Shown here: one piece after another, positions 32,101-41,112 of the stretch | How the letters are laid out: each line of letters starts with the position of its first letter | Position numbering within the stretch: the stretch's first letter is position 1 | From: an uncultured Gammaproteobacteria bacterium | GTDB lineage: Bacteria; Patescibacteriota; Microgenomatia; Levybacterales; UBA12049 | DNA length: 64,000 nucleotides | Direction: 5' to 3' | Assembly: GCA_964507055.1 (NCBI GenBank) | Contig: CAZDOJ010000001.1 | Location: 721,313-785,312, forward strand | Program-made: the position numbers and the translations under genes | Notes under the pieces: generated by a model | Told to the model about the DNA's origin: nothing | What the model saw: the letters and a program-made list of their open reading frames with translations, nothing else | The model's database searches: none

Positions 32101-33329
32101 TTCTTTTTCTTTCGTTTAACTTGACGTGCAAAAAGTATTTGCTTGTAAAAAAAGTAGGCGGTAATAATAAGAAATGCTAAAGTATAACTCAAGAAATTCA
32201 TATCTAAAAGAATTTGAGGTATTGGCTTATCCCAGTTACCCGTAAAAAGGAATGGTACATAATTCATCAAGGAGAAAAATGACACAATGACAGCTGGAAT
32301 TAGCACATAATATCGATAGGAAATGAGTGCAGCAAAAGCTAAAACATCAATAAGATACCACGGCTGAAATGTACCTCTATATGATTGTGCCGCCGCTCCC
32401 CCAATAAGAAGTATTACTGCTATGCCAATAATAAAACCCCATTTTCGATGAATCTTCTCGGCCTTCATTCGGTGGATAACGACAAATAGTGGTAATAAAA
32501 CAGCTGTGACAAATTTTATTGCAATGGAAAGAAATAGTAGCCCATACGCTTTACCATGTTTTTCTATAATCATAAAATAGAATGCCCAAAGGGCAAAAAA
32601 CATCATGACAATGTCAATGTGAGGACTTACAACACTTTCTATAAGCATCAGTGGATTTAATCCAAAGAAAATAAGCCCCATTACTTCTCGTTCCGGAGCA
32701 ATCGTCTTTAATATTTTTCCAATAAAGAATACTGAACCGATGAAACAAGCTATCATTAACAATTTAAAAAGGAAAAATGTTGGCAAAAAGAATTGCAAAC
32801 CTATGAAAGAAAGAGGTACTGTAATCACCAACCAGAACGGACCATATGGATATTCTCGATGGGTCCAACGCATAAATGAAAGCATCGGATCCTCAGGATA
32901 ATCTAGAGCTTTTTGTACATAAGGATTGTCTCCATAATGAGTTATAATCTTTGCATCAAATATATAATTAAAAATATCATAGGAAAAAGCGTTGTAGGAA
33001 AAGGTAAGAATAATTGTGGCTGCACCAATCAAAATCCACGTAAACTTTTTTTGAATCTTCTTTTTGGTAGCTAGTCTTAAAAAGATTACATAAAAGACAA
33101 AAAGGATCACAACAAGTGAAACAAAAAGGGTTGCAGAAAGAGGCCTGTCAAAATATCCAATCTGTTGAAAAGAGCGTACAATTTCCTGAAGTGCTTCATT
33201 TCGAGAGAGAGCCAAACTTAAATCAATTTGTGTAAAACTGTAGAAGAATAATCCAACAAGCGGGACACAATAAAAGAAAAGGATTAAATATTCTTTTAAT
33301 GATAAATTTTTAAATAGTGTTTTCACCAT
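32097..33329 (-). CDS. polytopic membrane protein (GT-C-like; possibly DUF2029/GT87-like)
   Basis: 410 aa multi-pass; 4-bp overlap with downstream gene; ends with KKKK tail. Confidence 0.35.
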   Translation of the reverse strand: MVKTLFKNLSLKEYLILFFYCVPLVGLFFYSFTQIDLSLALSRNEALQEIVRSFQQIGYFDRPLSATLFVSLVVILFVFYVIFLRLATKKKIQKKFTWILIGAATIILTFSYNAFSYDIFNYIFDAKIITHYGDNPYVQKALDYPEDPMLSFMRWTHREYPYGPFWLVITVPLSFIGLQFFLPTFFLFKLLMIACFIGSVFFIGKILKTIAPEREVMGLIFFGLNPLMLIESVVSPHIDIVMMFFALWAFYFMIIEKHGKAYGLLFLSIAIKFVTAVLLPLFVVIHRMKAEKIHRKWGFIIGIAVILLIGGAAAQSYRGTFQPWYLIDVLAFAALISYRYYVLIPAVIVSFFSLMNYVPFLFTGNWDKPIPQILLDMNFLSYTLAFLIITAYFFYKQILFARQVKRKKKK

Positions 33330-34087
33330 TAATTATATCTTCCTGCAAGTACATTTCTTTTAATTTTTACAAGATCTTTTACTCCCTGAATCGCATCGCG
33401 TACAGGATTAACTCTTCTCGTCTCTACATGAAGCCAATTTACATGAACTTCTTTTATTTTATAGCCATGATTTCTTGCAATGTAGAGAATCTCAATATCT
33501 GATCCAAAAGTAATTGCTGTCCCCTTAACTTTCTCAAAACCATTTTTTAGAACTTTTAATTTATTAAATACATCGTCCGCTGCTTTTGCAGTAAACAATT
33601 TAAATCCACATTGTGTGTCTGTTATATCATTAATGCCTATTATCATTTTTCTCATAATGATTGCACTTCGAGAAATAAATAAACGTATCTCCGGAGCACC
33701 TTTTCGCTGCGTACTTCTCGAACCAATGGCGATATCATAGTCTCCACTTTCAAGATATGGTAGTAAATTATTAACTTCTTCAATAGGAGTAGCCTGATCC
33801 ATATCAGTAAAAAGACGGTACTCACCTTGTGCTTTCAACATGCCGGTAGTAACAGCACCAGCTTTTCCATAGTGAGGGTTTTTAATTAAGATAAAATGAG
33901 GATTTTCTTTTATAAATTTTTCGATAAACTCGACGCTACCGTCTCTCGATCCATCATCAGCGATGATTACTTCGTAGGAAATCTTTTTCTTTTCAAGAAA
34001 ATGCTGTACTTTTTCAAGCACACCTTTCTGGAGATTAGCCATCTCATCATAGCAAGGAATAACAACAGAAAGAAATATTTTCTTCAC
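33329..34087 (-). CDS. GT2 dolichyl/polyprenyl-phosphate beta-glucosyltransferase-like (ALG5/DPM1 family)
   Basis: 'LSVVIPCYDEMANLQKGV', 'VIIADDGSRDGS', 'RLFTDMDQATPIEEV'. Confidence 0.75.
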   Translation of the reverse strand: MKKIFLSVVIPCYDEMANLQKGVLEKVQHFLEKKKISYEVIIADDGSRDGSVEFIEKFIKENPHFILIKNPHYGKAGAVTTGMLKAQGEYRLFTDMDQATPIEEVNNLLPYLESGDYDIAIGSRSTQRKGAPEIRLFISRSAIIMRKMIIGINDITDTQCGFKLFTAKAADDVFNKLKVLKNGFEKVKGTAITFGSDIEILYIARNHGYKIKEVHVNWLHVETRRVNPVRDAIQGVKDLVKIKRNVLAGRYN

Positions 34088-34195
34088 TCTAGAATTATAC
34101 CACTCTCTTCACTAATACTAAATATTAAACTTTATTAAATAAAATCAAATATTTCAATTTTTAATATAAAAATATAATTATTTAATTTTAATATA

Positions 34196-34224
34196 TTGAC
34201 AACAATATTATTATTTCATATATT
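34196..34224 (+). promoter_or_regulatory. sigma-70-type promoter TTGACA-17-TATATT for the glutamine synthetase gene
   Basis: TTGACA at 34196-34201, 17-nt spacer, TATATT at 34219-34224, ATG at 34238. The ORF-track start at 34196 is a TTG lying inside the -35 box. Confidence 0.5.
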
Positions 34225-34237
34225 TAACTTAATAAGC

Positions 34238-35677
34238 ATGAATCCTACTCTTTCTTCACTTAAAACTTTTCTCGAACTCCCCTATGATCAACTTGAAGAG
34301 ATGAACCTTACAATCAAAGAAAAAGGCGACACTTTATCCGCAAAGGAATTTGAAAAAGAATACATAGCATATTTATTAAAAGAAAAGCGTATCAAAGCAA
34401 TCACTGTATGCTTCAGTGATATTGAAGGACGCTTTCACATGCTCGATTATGATAAAAAATTCCTCTTAGAATCTTTGGAGAATCTTACCTTTGATGGATC
34501 TTCTATTCGTGGATTCTCAGCCCAACATGAATCAGATCTCAGGCTTGATATTGATTGGCCGTCTATTCGATTTCTCCCAGCAGATGTTTTTGGGCTAGGT
34601 AAAGTTGTAGTCTTTGCATCAGTCCTCAACAGAGATCGTACCCCATATATTTCAGACTTTCGTGGGCAATTAAAGCTATATACTGAAGTGTTAAAAAAGA
34701 AACATGGGATCACTGCATATGGTGCACCTGAAATTGAAGGTTTTCTTGTGGACGGCATCCATGCAGAACAAGAATATGCTGCAAATGATGGATTTAAACT
34801 TATTTCAACAGGAGGATATTTCCACTCACTTCCACTTGATAAGCTTCGCCAATTCATCGATATGGCAGCTGAAGCACAGCGTGCAATGGGCTTCAGAAAT
34901 GAGAAAGACCATCCAGAAGTTGCACCATCACAATTTGAAATGAATTTTTCCTATACTGAAGTTTTACGTGCGGCCGATCAGATACAATTGTACAAACTTG
35001 TCTGTCGCCAAGTTGCAAGAAATCTTGGATTGACTGCAACATTCTTACCAAAACCTGTGATTGGAATTAATGGTTCAGGAATGCATACTAATTTTTCTCT
35101 TTCGAAAAATGGTAAAAATATTTTTTATGACGCAAAAGGACAAGATGGACTATCAACAATAGCATGGGATTATATCACCAGACTGTTAAATCATGCACCT
35201 GAAATTTGCCTAACACTAAACTCATCAGTAAATGCATATCGTCGACTTGATCCCCACTTCGAAGCACCGAATCAAATTAAAGTTTCCTCTTTAGATCGAG
35301 GGTCGATGATTCGAATACCTGTAGCAAATGAAAAAACTGCACGAATTGAAGTGAGATCTGTAGCACCTGATGCAAATCCGTACCTTGTTTTCTACACAAT
35401 CCTAAAGACAGGACAAGAAGGTACACCATTAAAAAAGAATGCAGTTCGTCGCGAACGAATGCGTTTCCTTCCTGATAATGTAAATGATGCGATCCGTATC
35501 TTTAAAGCAAGTAAGTTCATAACGAAAATTCTTGTAGAACAAAATCAGGATAAGTATGCAGCATTTAAGCAAGCAGCAGCAGACAGAAGTCCAAAAGCAT
35601 TAGGTACAATTGTGAAAGAATCAGAAGTAATTTATCACCATGAGGTAACCAATCAAGTCCTCTGGAATAATTTTTAA
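34238..35677 (+). CDS. glnA: glutamine synthetase family protein (GlnA-like)
   Basis: Beta-grasp motif 'FDGSSIRGF'; catalytic-domain stretches 'NGSGMHTNFSL', 'RIPVANEKTARIEVRSVAPDANPYL'. Start moved to ATG 34238 downstream of the promoter. Confidence 0.7.
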   Translation: MNPTLSSLKTFLELPYDQLEEMNLTIKEKGDTLSAKEFEKEYIAYLLKEKRIKAITVCFSDIEGRFHMLDYDKKFLLESLENLTFDGSSIRGFSAQHESDLRLDIDWPSIRFLPADVFGLGKVVVFASVLNRDRTPYISDFRGQLKLYTEVLKKKHGITAYGAPEIEGFLVDGIHAEQEYAANDGFKLISTGGYFHSLPLDKLRQFIDMAAEAQRAMGFRNEKDHPEVAPSQFEMNFSYTEVLRAADQIQLYKLVCRQVARNLGLTATFLPKPVIGINGSGMHTNFSLSKNGKNIFYDAKGQDGLSTIAWDYITRLLNHAPEICLTLNSSVNAYRRLDPHFEAPNQIKVSSLDRGSMIRIPVANEKTARIEVRSVAPDANPYLVFYTILKTGQEGTPLKKNAVRRERMRFLPDNVNDAIRIFKASKFITKILVEQNQDKYAAFKQAAADRSPKALGTIVKESEVIYHHEVTNQVLWNNF

Positions 35678-35720
35678 TCCTCAATAATCATACAAGGCTA
35701 ATAAGGTATAATGTTTTTGC

Positions 35721-36125
35721 ATGAAGAAAAACTATATTGATAAACTTGCTTATATCCTTGTTAGAAACCGCCGAGTGCTTGCGACCTTAAGCCGCGGAAA
35801 AGATACTTGGTTTTTACCTGGTGGGAAAAGGGAAGGAAATGAAACAGATATCCAAGCTTTAACGCGTGAAGTAAAAGAAGAACTTACAGTGGATATAATT
35901 GAAGATACTATCAAACCATATGGCGTTTTTGAAGCACAAGCACATGGCAAACCAGAAGGCACTATTGTCCGCATGACCTGTTATACAGCGAATTGTAGTG
36001 GGTTATTGCGTGCAAGTGCGGAGATTGAAAGAATAGATTTCCACTCCTATGCTGAAAGAGATATTTGCTCCACTGCAAGTAAACTCATTTATGATGATCT
36101 TAAAAAGAAAGATTTGATCGATTAA
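35721..36125 (+). CDS. NUDIX hydrolase
   Basis: Nudix box 'GGKREGNETDIQALTREVKEELTV' (G-x5-E-x7-REVxEEL). Confidence 0.8.
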   Translation: MKKNYIDKLAYILVRNRRVLATLSRGKDTWFLPGGKREGNETDIQALTREVKEELTVDIIEDTIKPYGVFEAQAHGKPEGTIVRMTCYTANCSGLLRASAEIERIDFHSYAERDICSTASKLIYDDLKKKDLID

Positions 36126-36126
36126 T

Positions 36127-37152
36127 ATGACACAACCATTTGCGAATCTCCCAAAACCAATTGAGGAAGCGATTGTCCAAACGCTCAATGAACATAAAGA
36201 TACAGAATTTGATAGTAAGGCACAGGATCTCCATGCGAGATATATTGCTCAAGATAAAGGTAATCATAAAAGTTATTTTCAGGATTTTGCGAGTACTCTT
36301 GCATATCTTGCTCTCAGATCTCCTGCCACCTATGCACAAATTTATGCGACACTTGCAAATGCAAAAGAACTCCTTCCATCTTGGAAACCACGGACAATGC
36401 TCGATTTGGGAAGTGGTCCCGGTACAACAATTTGGGCTGCACATGAGGTGTGGGATACGATAACAGAGGCACGTGCAATTGACCAACAAAATTCTATCAT
36501 TTCACTTGGTAAACAAATTGCTGATACTGCGATATTGCCAATCACAATAAATTGGAATCGACAAGATATCCGTGAAGGGATAGTAGAAGATGAAAAAACT
36601 TATGATGTCGTTGTTATCGCCAATGTATTAAATGAACTCAATCCAACCACTGCTGAAAAGGTCATAGGACAAGCGTTTAATAAAACATCTGGTGTTCTTG
36701 TAATTATTGAACCCGGTACACCAACTGGAAGTGCAATTGTACAGAATGCTGCAAAGATATTGAGTAAAGCTGGAACTCTTATTGCACCTTATATTGAATC
36801 TTTTGTTGTGCAGCAAAATGATTTTTATGTCCATTTCTCACAGAAGTTTACTCGTCCTGAATTCCAAAGAAGAATTAGACAACAGATGCGTGAAAGTTCA
36901 TTAATGGCATCGGACTGGGAGGATGCAAAATATTCATATACTATTATTAGTAAGCTTCCAGCAGAGATAACACTGTGGGGCAGATGTGTGGGACCCGCAC
37001 AGATACAAAAAGGTTTTCTGGAGATACCAATTCTTACGAAAACCTCTCTTGAGAAACTAAAAGTAATGAAGCGCAATAAACTACAATATAACTTCGCAAA
37101 GGATTTAAAATGGGGTGATTTAATAAAAAATAGAAGTGATATAATTGCATAG
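36127..37152 (+). CDS. class I SAM-dependent methyltransferase, Rsm22-like
   Basis: 'MLDLGSGPGTTIWAA' motif I and overall Rsm22/Methyltransf_28-like layout. Confidence 0.55.
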   Translation: MTQPFANLPKPIEEAIVQTLNEHKDTEFDSKAQDLHARYIAQDKGNHKSYFQDFASTLAYLALRSPATYAQIYATLANAKELLPSWKPRTMLDLGSGPGTTIWAAHEVWDTITEARAIDQQNSIISLGKQIADTAILPITINWNRQDIREGIVEDEKTYDVVVIANVLNELNPTTAEKVIGQAFNKTSGVLVIIEPGTPTGSAIVQNAAKILSKAGTLIAPYIESFVVQQNDFYVHFSQKFTRPEFQRRIRQQMRESSLMASDWEDAKYSYTIISKLPAEITLWGRCVGPAQIQKGFLEIPILTKTSLEKLKVMKRNKLQYNFAKDLKWGDLIKNRSDIIA

Positions 37153-37170
37153 CCTATCACTTCATAAAAT

Positions 37171-37851
37171 ATGGAAAAGAAAACTAAACACATCGTTATT
37201 GTAGGTGCTTCTAGTGGATTAGGTAAAGCATTAGCTACTGCTTTAGCTCAAGAGAATAATCATTTATATCTCCTCTCCAGAAAAATTGAATCAACACAAA
37301 CGAATTTTGATGCTATAAAGATTAACTGTGACATCAGAAGTGGTGAAAGTATCAGTGAAGCTTTCACTAAGATTGATAAACACACACAACAAATTGATGT
37401 CCTCATCAATTGTGCTGGGATAGGTTTGGTAAAAAGCATTGAAGATACAACACAAAATGAAATAGAAGACATTATTCAAACAAATCTTATTGGCTCAATA
37501 ATTTCTTCACAGGAAGCATATAAAAGAATGCTTCTTCACAAATCAGGATATATTATCAATGTAACTTCCACTTCTAGTATAAAAGCTCGCCCAGAAGAAA
37601 CAATTTATTGTGCAAGTAAAGCTGGATTACGACTTTTTACAGAGAGTCTCAGACTTGCAGCAGTTAAGAATAAGGTTCGAGTAACTGCAGTGGCACCTGG
37701 AGGGATGAATACAGCCTTCTGGAAAGAAGGCCACTCTCAAAACATACATGCATTTATGGATGCATCCGAGATTGCAGACCAAATTATTAATCTTATTAAA
37801 ACTCCAACTTCAATTTCTCCAGCTGAGCTCATTATTGAACGAGGTGTGTAA
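37171..37851 (+). CDS. short-chain dehydrogenase/reductase (SDR)
   Basis: 'IVIVGASSGLGKALA' TGxxxGxG variant, 'NCAG', catalytic 'YCASKAG' (YxxxK). Confidence 0.8.
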   Translation: MEKKTKHIVIVGASSGLGKALATALAQENNHLYLLSRKIESTQTNFDAIKINCDIRSGESISEAFTKIDKHTQQIDVLINCAGIGLVKSIEDTTQNEIEDIIQTNLIGSIISSQEAYKRMLLHKSGYIINVTSTSSIKARPEETIYCASKAGLRLFTESLRLAAVKNKVRVTAVAPGGMNTAFWKEGHSQNIHAFMDASEIADQIINLIKTPTSISPAELIIERGV

Positions 37852-37904
37852 CCCCTTCACATTGCTATACGAGCCTCGATAAGGTAAAATAGAGCCTAGT
37901 AAAC

Positions 37905-37976
37905 GGCCCGTTCGTATATCGGTTAGTACACCAGGTTCTCATCCTGGGAAGAGGGTTTCGACTACCCTACGGGTCA
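37905..37976 (+). tRNA. tRNA-Glu (anticodon CUC), CCA not encoded
   Basis: Hand-folded. Acceptor GGCCCGT/ACGGGTC (one G-U); U8; D-stem GTAT/GTAC (one G-U) with loop ATCGGTTA containing GG; anticodon stem CCAGG/CCTGG; loop TTCTCAT (U33, anticodon CTC, A37); variable GAAG; T-stem AGGGT/ACCCT; T-loop TTCGACT; discriminator A. GC-richer than flanks. Confidence 0.75.
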
Positions 37977-38013
37977 CATTTCTTCAACGCTTCAAATTTG
38001 CTATAGTGGATAT

Positions 38014-38460
38014 ATGGTAAAGAAACATCTCAAAGATCACGGTAAGCATATCGATAAACGCCTCCGATTCCGTATCCGCATATATTTACTTATTTCCCTT
38101 ATACTGCTTGGCGTCCTGCTCTTTAATGTGATCCGAGGAGCATTGAGAATTGATTATGGTTTGCTGGGACTAATGGGAGGAACAGGCGTGGGTATTATTG
38201 CTTCACGAATGTTTCACACTTCATGGGATAGTAATGCAAAGAAAGTTATCAGTCGTATCGATACATTTGGTGTAGGAATCCTTTTGCTTTATATTGTTTT
38301 TGAAATTCTGCGTGAAGATATCGTAAAGATATTTACCGGTGACGTTCAAGTAGCGACGACTGGTTTTGCTGTTCTTGCAGGATTGATGCTTGGACAAGTG
38401 ATAGGTATGCGAGGGAAAATTATAGAGATATTAAAAGAACAAAAAGTTTTTGGTAGATAA
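38014..38460 (+). CDS. small integral membrane protein (hypothetical)
   Basis: 148 aa, basic N-terminus, 3-4 hydrophobic helices. Confidence 0.45.
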   Translation: MVKKHLKDHGKHIDKRLRFRIRIYLLISLILLGVLLFNVIRGALRIDYGLLGLMGGTGVGIIASRMFHTSWDSNAKKVISRIDTFGVGILLLYIVFEILREDIVKIFTGDVQVATTGFAVLAGLMLGQVIGMRGKIIEILKEQKVFGR

Positions 38461-40047
38461 CTATTCTTGAGGTGCTTGATCCGGTGCACGCAGTTCACGC
38501 TTTTGTACGATAAAGTTACCAAACTTTTTCTCTTCAATCATAGTTGAAACAAGATTCTCTTCCTCAACACTGTGTTGAATCCAGTATTCATCAATTCCTT
38601 CTGGTGGTTCTATAATTAAATAACGCACTTTTGTTGTTTCAAGAGATTTTTGCATTGGCAGAAAGCTCAAATATCCAGCTTGATCTTTTCCCCAATAACT
38701 AGGAACATAATCATATTTTGGTTTTCCATATGTTTCAAAAAGATACGACCATGTTGTATTGATATAAAGAGGATTCGTAACTGTTGCTATAGCAAATGGC
38801 TCTTTCGCAGCACTTTGATAAACATATTCAAGAACCTGTCGTTCATAATATGTTGTCATTCCTTTTTGAATAGATAAGGGAGAATTCTGGTTACTCATCA
38901 GTGAATGAACAGAAAGAAACTGTATCGTACTTATAATGAGTAGCACTGCTGCAAGCACCCTCACATCTTTAATTAATTTTGTGAGAAAAATAGCAAAGAG
39001 TATTGCTAAAGGATAAAGGAACGGTGCATAGAAAAATAATATTAATAAATTACCTTTATTAAAGATAAATATAAATAGTATGCCTGTTAACCATATCAAC
39101 GAAAGCTTTGTAAGTTCATCAGTTTTTGTAAAAAGTGTTTTTCTGAAAACAATAAGTACAGATAAAACGATGAAAAAGCCAAGTAGTGCAGGCAATGGCA
39201 AATAGGTCAGCGATAGTAACTTCATCCCATGATCAATGAGAGAAACGACAGTCTGTCCCACTTGAATTTCATGAGCTCCCTTACCAAAAACAAAATCTGC
39301 GATAATCGCTATTACATTGGTTTTAAATTTAATGTACGTAACAAAGAACGGCAACAAGCCGATAATCAATCCACCAATGAGGGCGAGAGTATTTTTAAGA
39401 ATAAATGTTTGTTTAAATGCAAAATGATAAATAGGCAAAATAAATAATATGACAATGAATCCAAAATCTGATTGTATGAGTAACCCAAAGAAAAATCCTA
39501 TTAAAGCTGCTGTCAGTAGTGATTTCTTATGAATATATTTCCATAAAAAGTAAAAGAGCGGAGGTGTGATAAATAATGCTAAAACTGGATTTGATAGCCA
39601 TAATGCAAAGGAAATATAAAGAGGTGCCATTGCATACAATGCTGTTGAGACTGCTGCAACAGTGGTGCTTTGTGACATCTTTTTTGTCAGATACCACAAT
39701 AATGGTATAAAGGCATATAATCCTACAAGTAAAATCGTCAATGCATTTTCAGGTATTCCCTGCCCCAAAGCATAAATAACTGCTAAAAAGTAGTACCACA
39801 GTACTCCATGATTAATCCCAGGAATATCTGATGAAGGTCCTAAAATTTTAATATTATGATCGTGCCAAATTGAATATGCTTCATATGCATCTCGAGCTTG
39901 ATCATAGTAGAAAACTGTGTGAGTAGGAATGAGAGAGAAAGCGTAAAAGAACGAAATGAGGATTAAGAGTATAGCTAAGGCCGAAAGCATAAAGCCTTTC
40001 TTTTTGAACATATCACTTATTATAGTAGGGCAATTACGTAATAGCAA
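38461..40047 (-). CDS. polytopic membrane protein, GT-C-like (paralog of 12480..14015)
   Basis: 'YYDQARDAYEAYSIW...ILGPSSDIPGINHGVLWYYFLAVIYAL' is collinear with 'YDPARDMLAGL...LIGPTSGIPGVFYGPYWIW' of the other paralog; C-terminal soluble domain. Alternative start Met13 at 40011. Confidence 0.45.
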   Translation of the reverse strand: MLLRNCPTIISDMFKKKGFMLSALAILLILISFFYAFSLIPTHTVFYYDQARDAYEAYSIWHDHNIKILGPSSDIPGINHGVLWYYFLAVIYALGQGIPENALTILLVGLYAFIPLLWYLTKKMSQSTTVAAVSTALYAMAPLYISFALWLSNPVLALFITPPLFYFLWKYIHKKSLLTAALIGFFFGLLIQSDFGFIVILFILPIYHFAFKQTFILKNTLALIGGLIIGLLPFFVTYIKFKTNVIAIIADFVFGKGAHEIQVGQTVVSLIDHGMKLLSLTYLPLPALLGFFIVLSVLIVFRKTLFTKTDELTKLSLIWLTGILFIFIFNKGNLLILFFYAPFLYPLAILFAIFLTKLIKDVRVLAAVLLIISTIQFLSVHSLMSNQNSPLSIQKGMTTYYERQVLEYVYQSAAKEPFAIATVTNPLYINTTWSYLFETYGKPKYDYVPSYWGKDQAGYLSFLPMQKSLETTKVRYLIIEPPEGIDEYWIQHSVEEENLVSTMIEEKKFGNFIVQKRELRAPDQAPQE

Positions 40048-40060
40048 TTAGAATTACATC

Positions 40061-40648
40061 ATGGATTGTCTGGCAATAATCTTATATTTCATGCATAATA
40101 GGTTTATGGCTGAGACAGAACATCAAAGAGTACATACACATAAAACAGCTTCGTATCACAAACGTCTTCACAGTCGGAGACATATCATCAAAAGCTTTAA
40201 AGCTGAAGCAAACGCGAAGAGAACCTTTTCAGAAAAGATAGCAGATACATTAACAGCAAGGCTTGGGACGATGGTCTTTCTTATCGTTAATGCTTTGTTC
40301 TTTATTACTTGGATCGCACTTCATATGGGGATTTTTCCTTACTCTGCACAGTTCGATCCTTATCCATTTAACTTCCTCACATTTGTGGTTTCGTTAGAGG
40401 CAATTTTTCTCGCAATTATTGTTTTGATCTCACAAAACCGATCAGCAAAGATTGATGAAATACGTGAAGAGACAGCACTGCAAATCAATACAATTGCTGA
40501 AGAAGAAATTTCTAAATTACTGGAACTACAGATTAAAATTTTGCAGAAACAAGGAGTTGATCTTTCAAAAGATCCTGAAATTCGAGAGATGCTAGAACCG
40601 ACGTCACCTGAAGAAATAGAAAAAGCTCTCGAAAAAGAAAATCAATAA
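40061..40648 (+). CDS. DUF1003 family membrane protein
   Basis: 'FDPYPFNFLTFVVSLEAIFLAIIVLISQNRSAKIDE' matches the DUF1003 core; alternative starts at 40091/40106. Confidence 0.55.
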   Translation: MDCLAIILYFMHNRFMAETEHQRVHTHKTASYHKRLHSRRHIIKSFKAEANAKRTFSEKIADTLTARLGTMVFLIVNALFFITWIALHMGIFPYSAQFDPYPFNFLTFVVSLEAIFLAIIVLISQNRSAKIDEIREETALQINTIAEEEISKLLELQIKILQKQGVDLSKDPEIREMLEPTSPEEIEKALEKENQ

Positions 40649-40649
40649 A

Positions 40650-41108
40650 TTAACGACTTTCTACTTGAAGTAAATATTCTTTACACTGGATTCCAGCAAC
40701 ATATCCCCCAAATGCTCCATTACTCGCTAAAACCCTATGACATGGAACGATGATACAAATCGGATTTCGACCAACCGCTGATCCAACGGCTCTGACTGCT
40801 TTTGGCTTACCGATCTTTTCTGCCAAATCCGTATAAGAAACTGTTTTCCCAGAAGGAATTTCCTGCAATGCTTTCCAGACAGATTCTTGGAATGGTGTTC
40901 CCGTAAACTTTATTGAGAAATCAAACTTTTTTCTCTTACCTTCAAAATACTCTCGTAACTCTTTCTGTGCTTTTTTTAAAACTGAATTCTCAGAATCCCA
41001 CTTCCAATCTGAAGGGATTTGTGTAAAATATCGATCACCTTCGATATGCAAATGCGTTATGGCCTCTCCATCTGTAGCCAAGGTAATCTCTCCAACTGGT
41101 GAAGTCAT
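40650..41108 (-). CDS. ogt: methylated-DNA--protein-cysteine methyltransferase (Ogt/MGMT)
   Basis: Active-site 'IIVPCHRVLASNGAFGGY' (PCHRV) and HTH 'VSYTDLAEKIGKPKAVRAVGSAVGRNP'. Start moved to Met17 (41108), so it abuts the upstream gene's stop at 41113. Confidence 0.8.
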   Translation of the reverse strand: MTSPVGEITLATDGEAITHLHIEGDRYFTQIPSDWKWDSENSVLKKAQKELREYFEGKRKKFDFSIKFTGTPFQESVWKALQEIPSGKTVSYTDLAEKIGKPKAVRAVGSAVGRNPICIIVPCHRVLASNGAFGGYVAGIQCKEYLLQVESR

Positions 41109-41112
41109 CGTA

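Noticed and set aside
36140-36463. 107-aa Arg/Ile-rich ORF overlapping the Rsm22-like gene in another frame
   Set aside because: It has basic, low-complexity translation in an alternate frame of a well-supported CDS, so it is spurious.
37852-37904. Possible second RNA element or riboswitch just upstream of the tRNA
   Set aside because: This is only a short stretch (ccccttcacattgctatacgagcctcgataaggtaaaatagagcctagtaaac), and I could not fold it into a convincing conserved structure.
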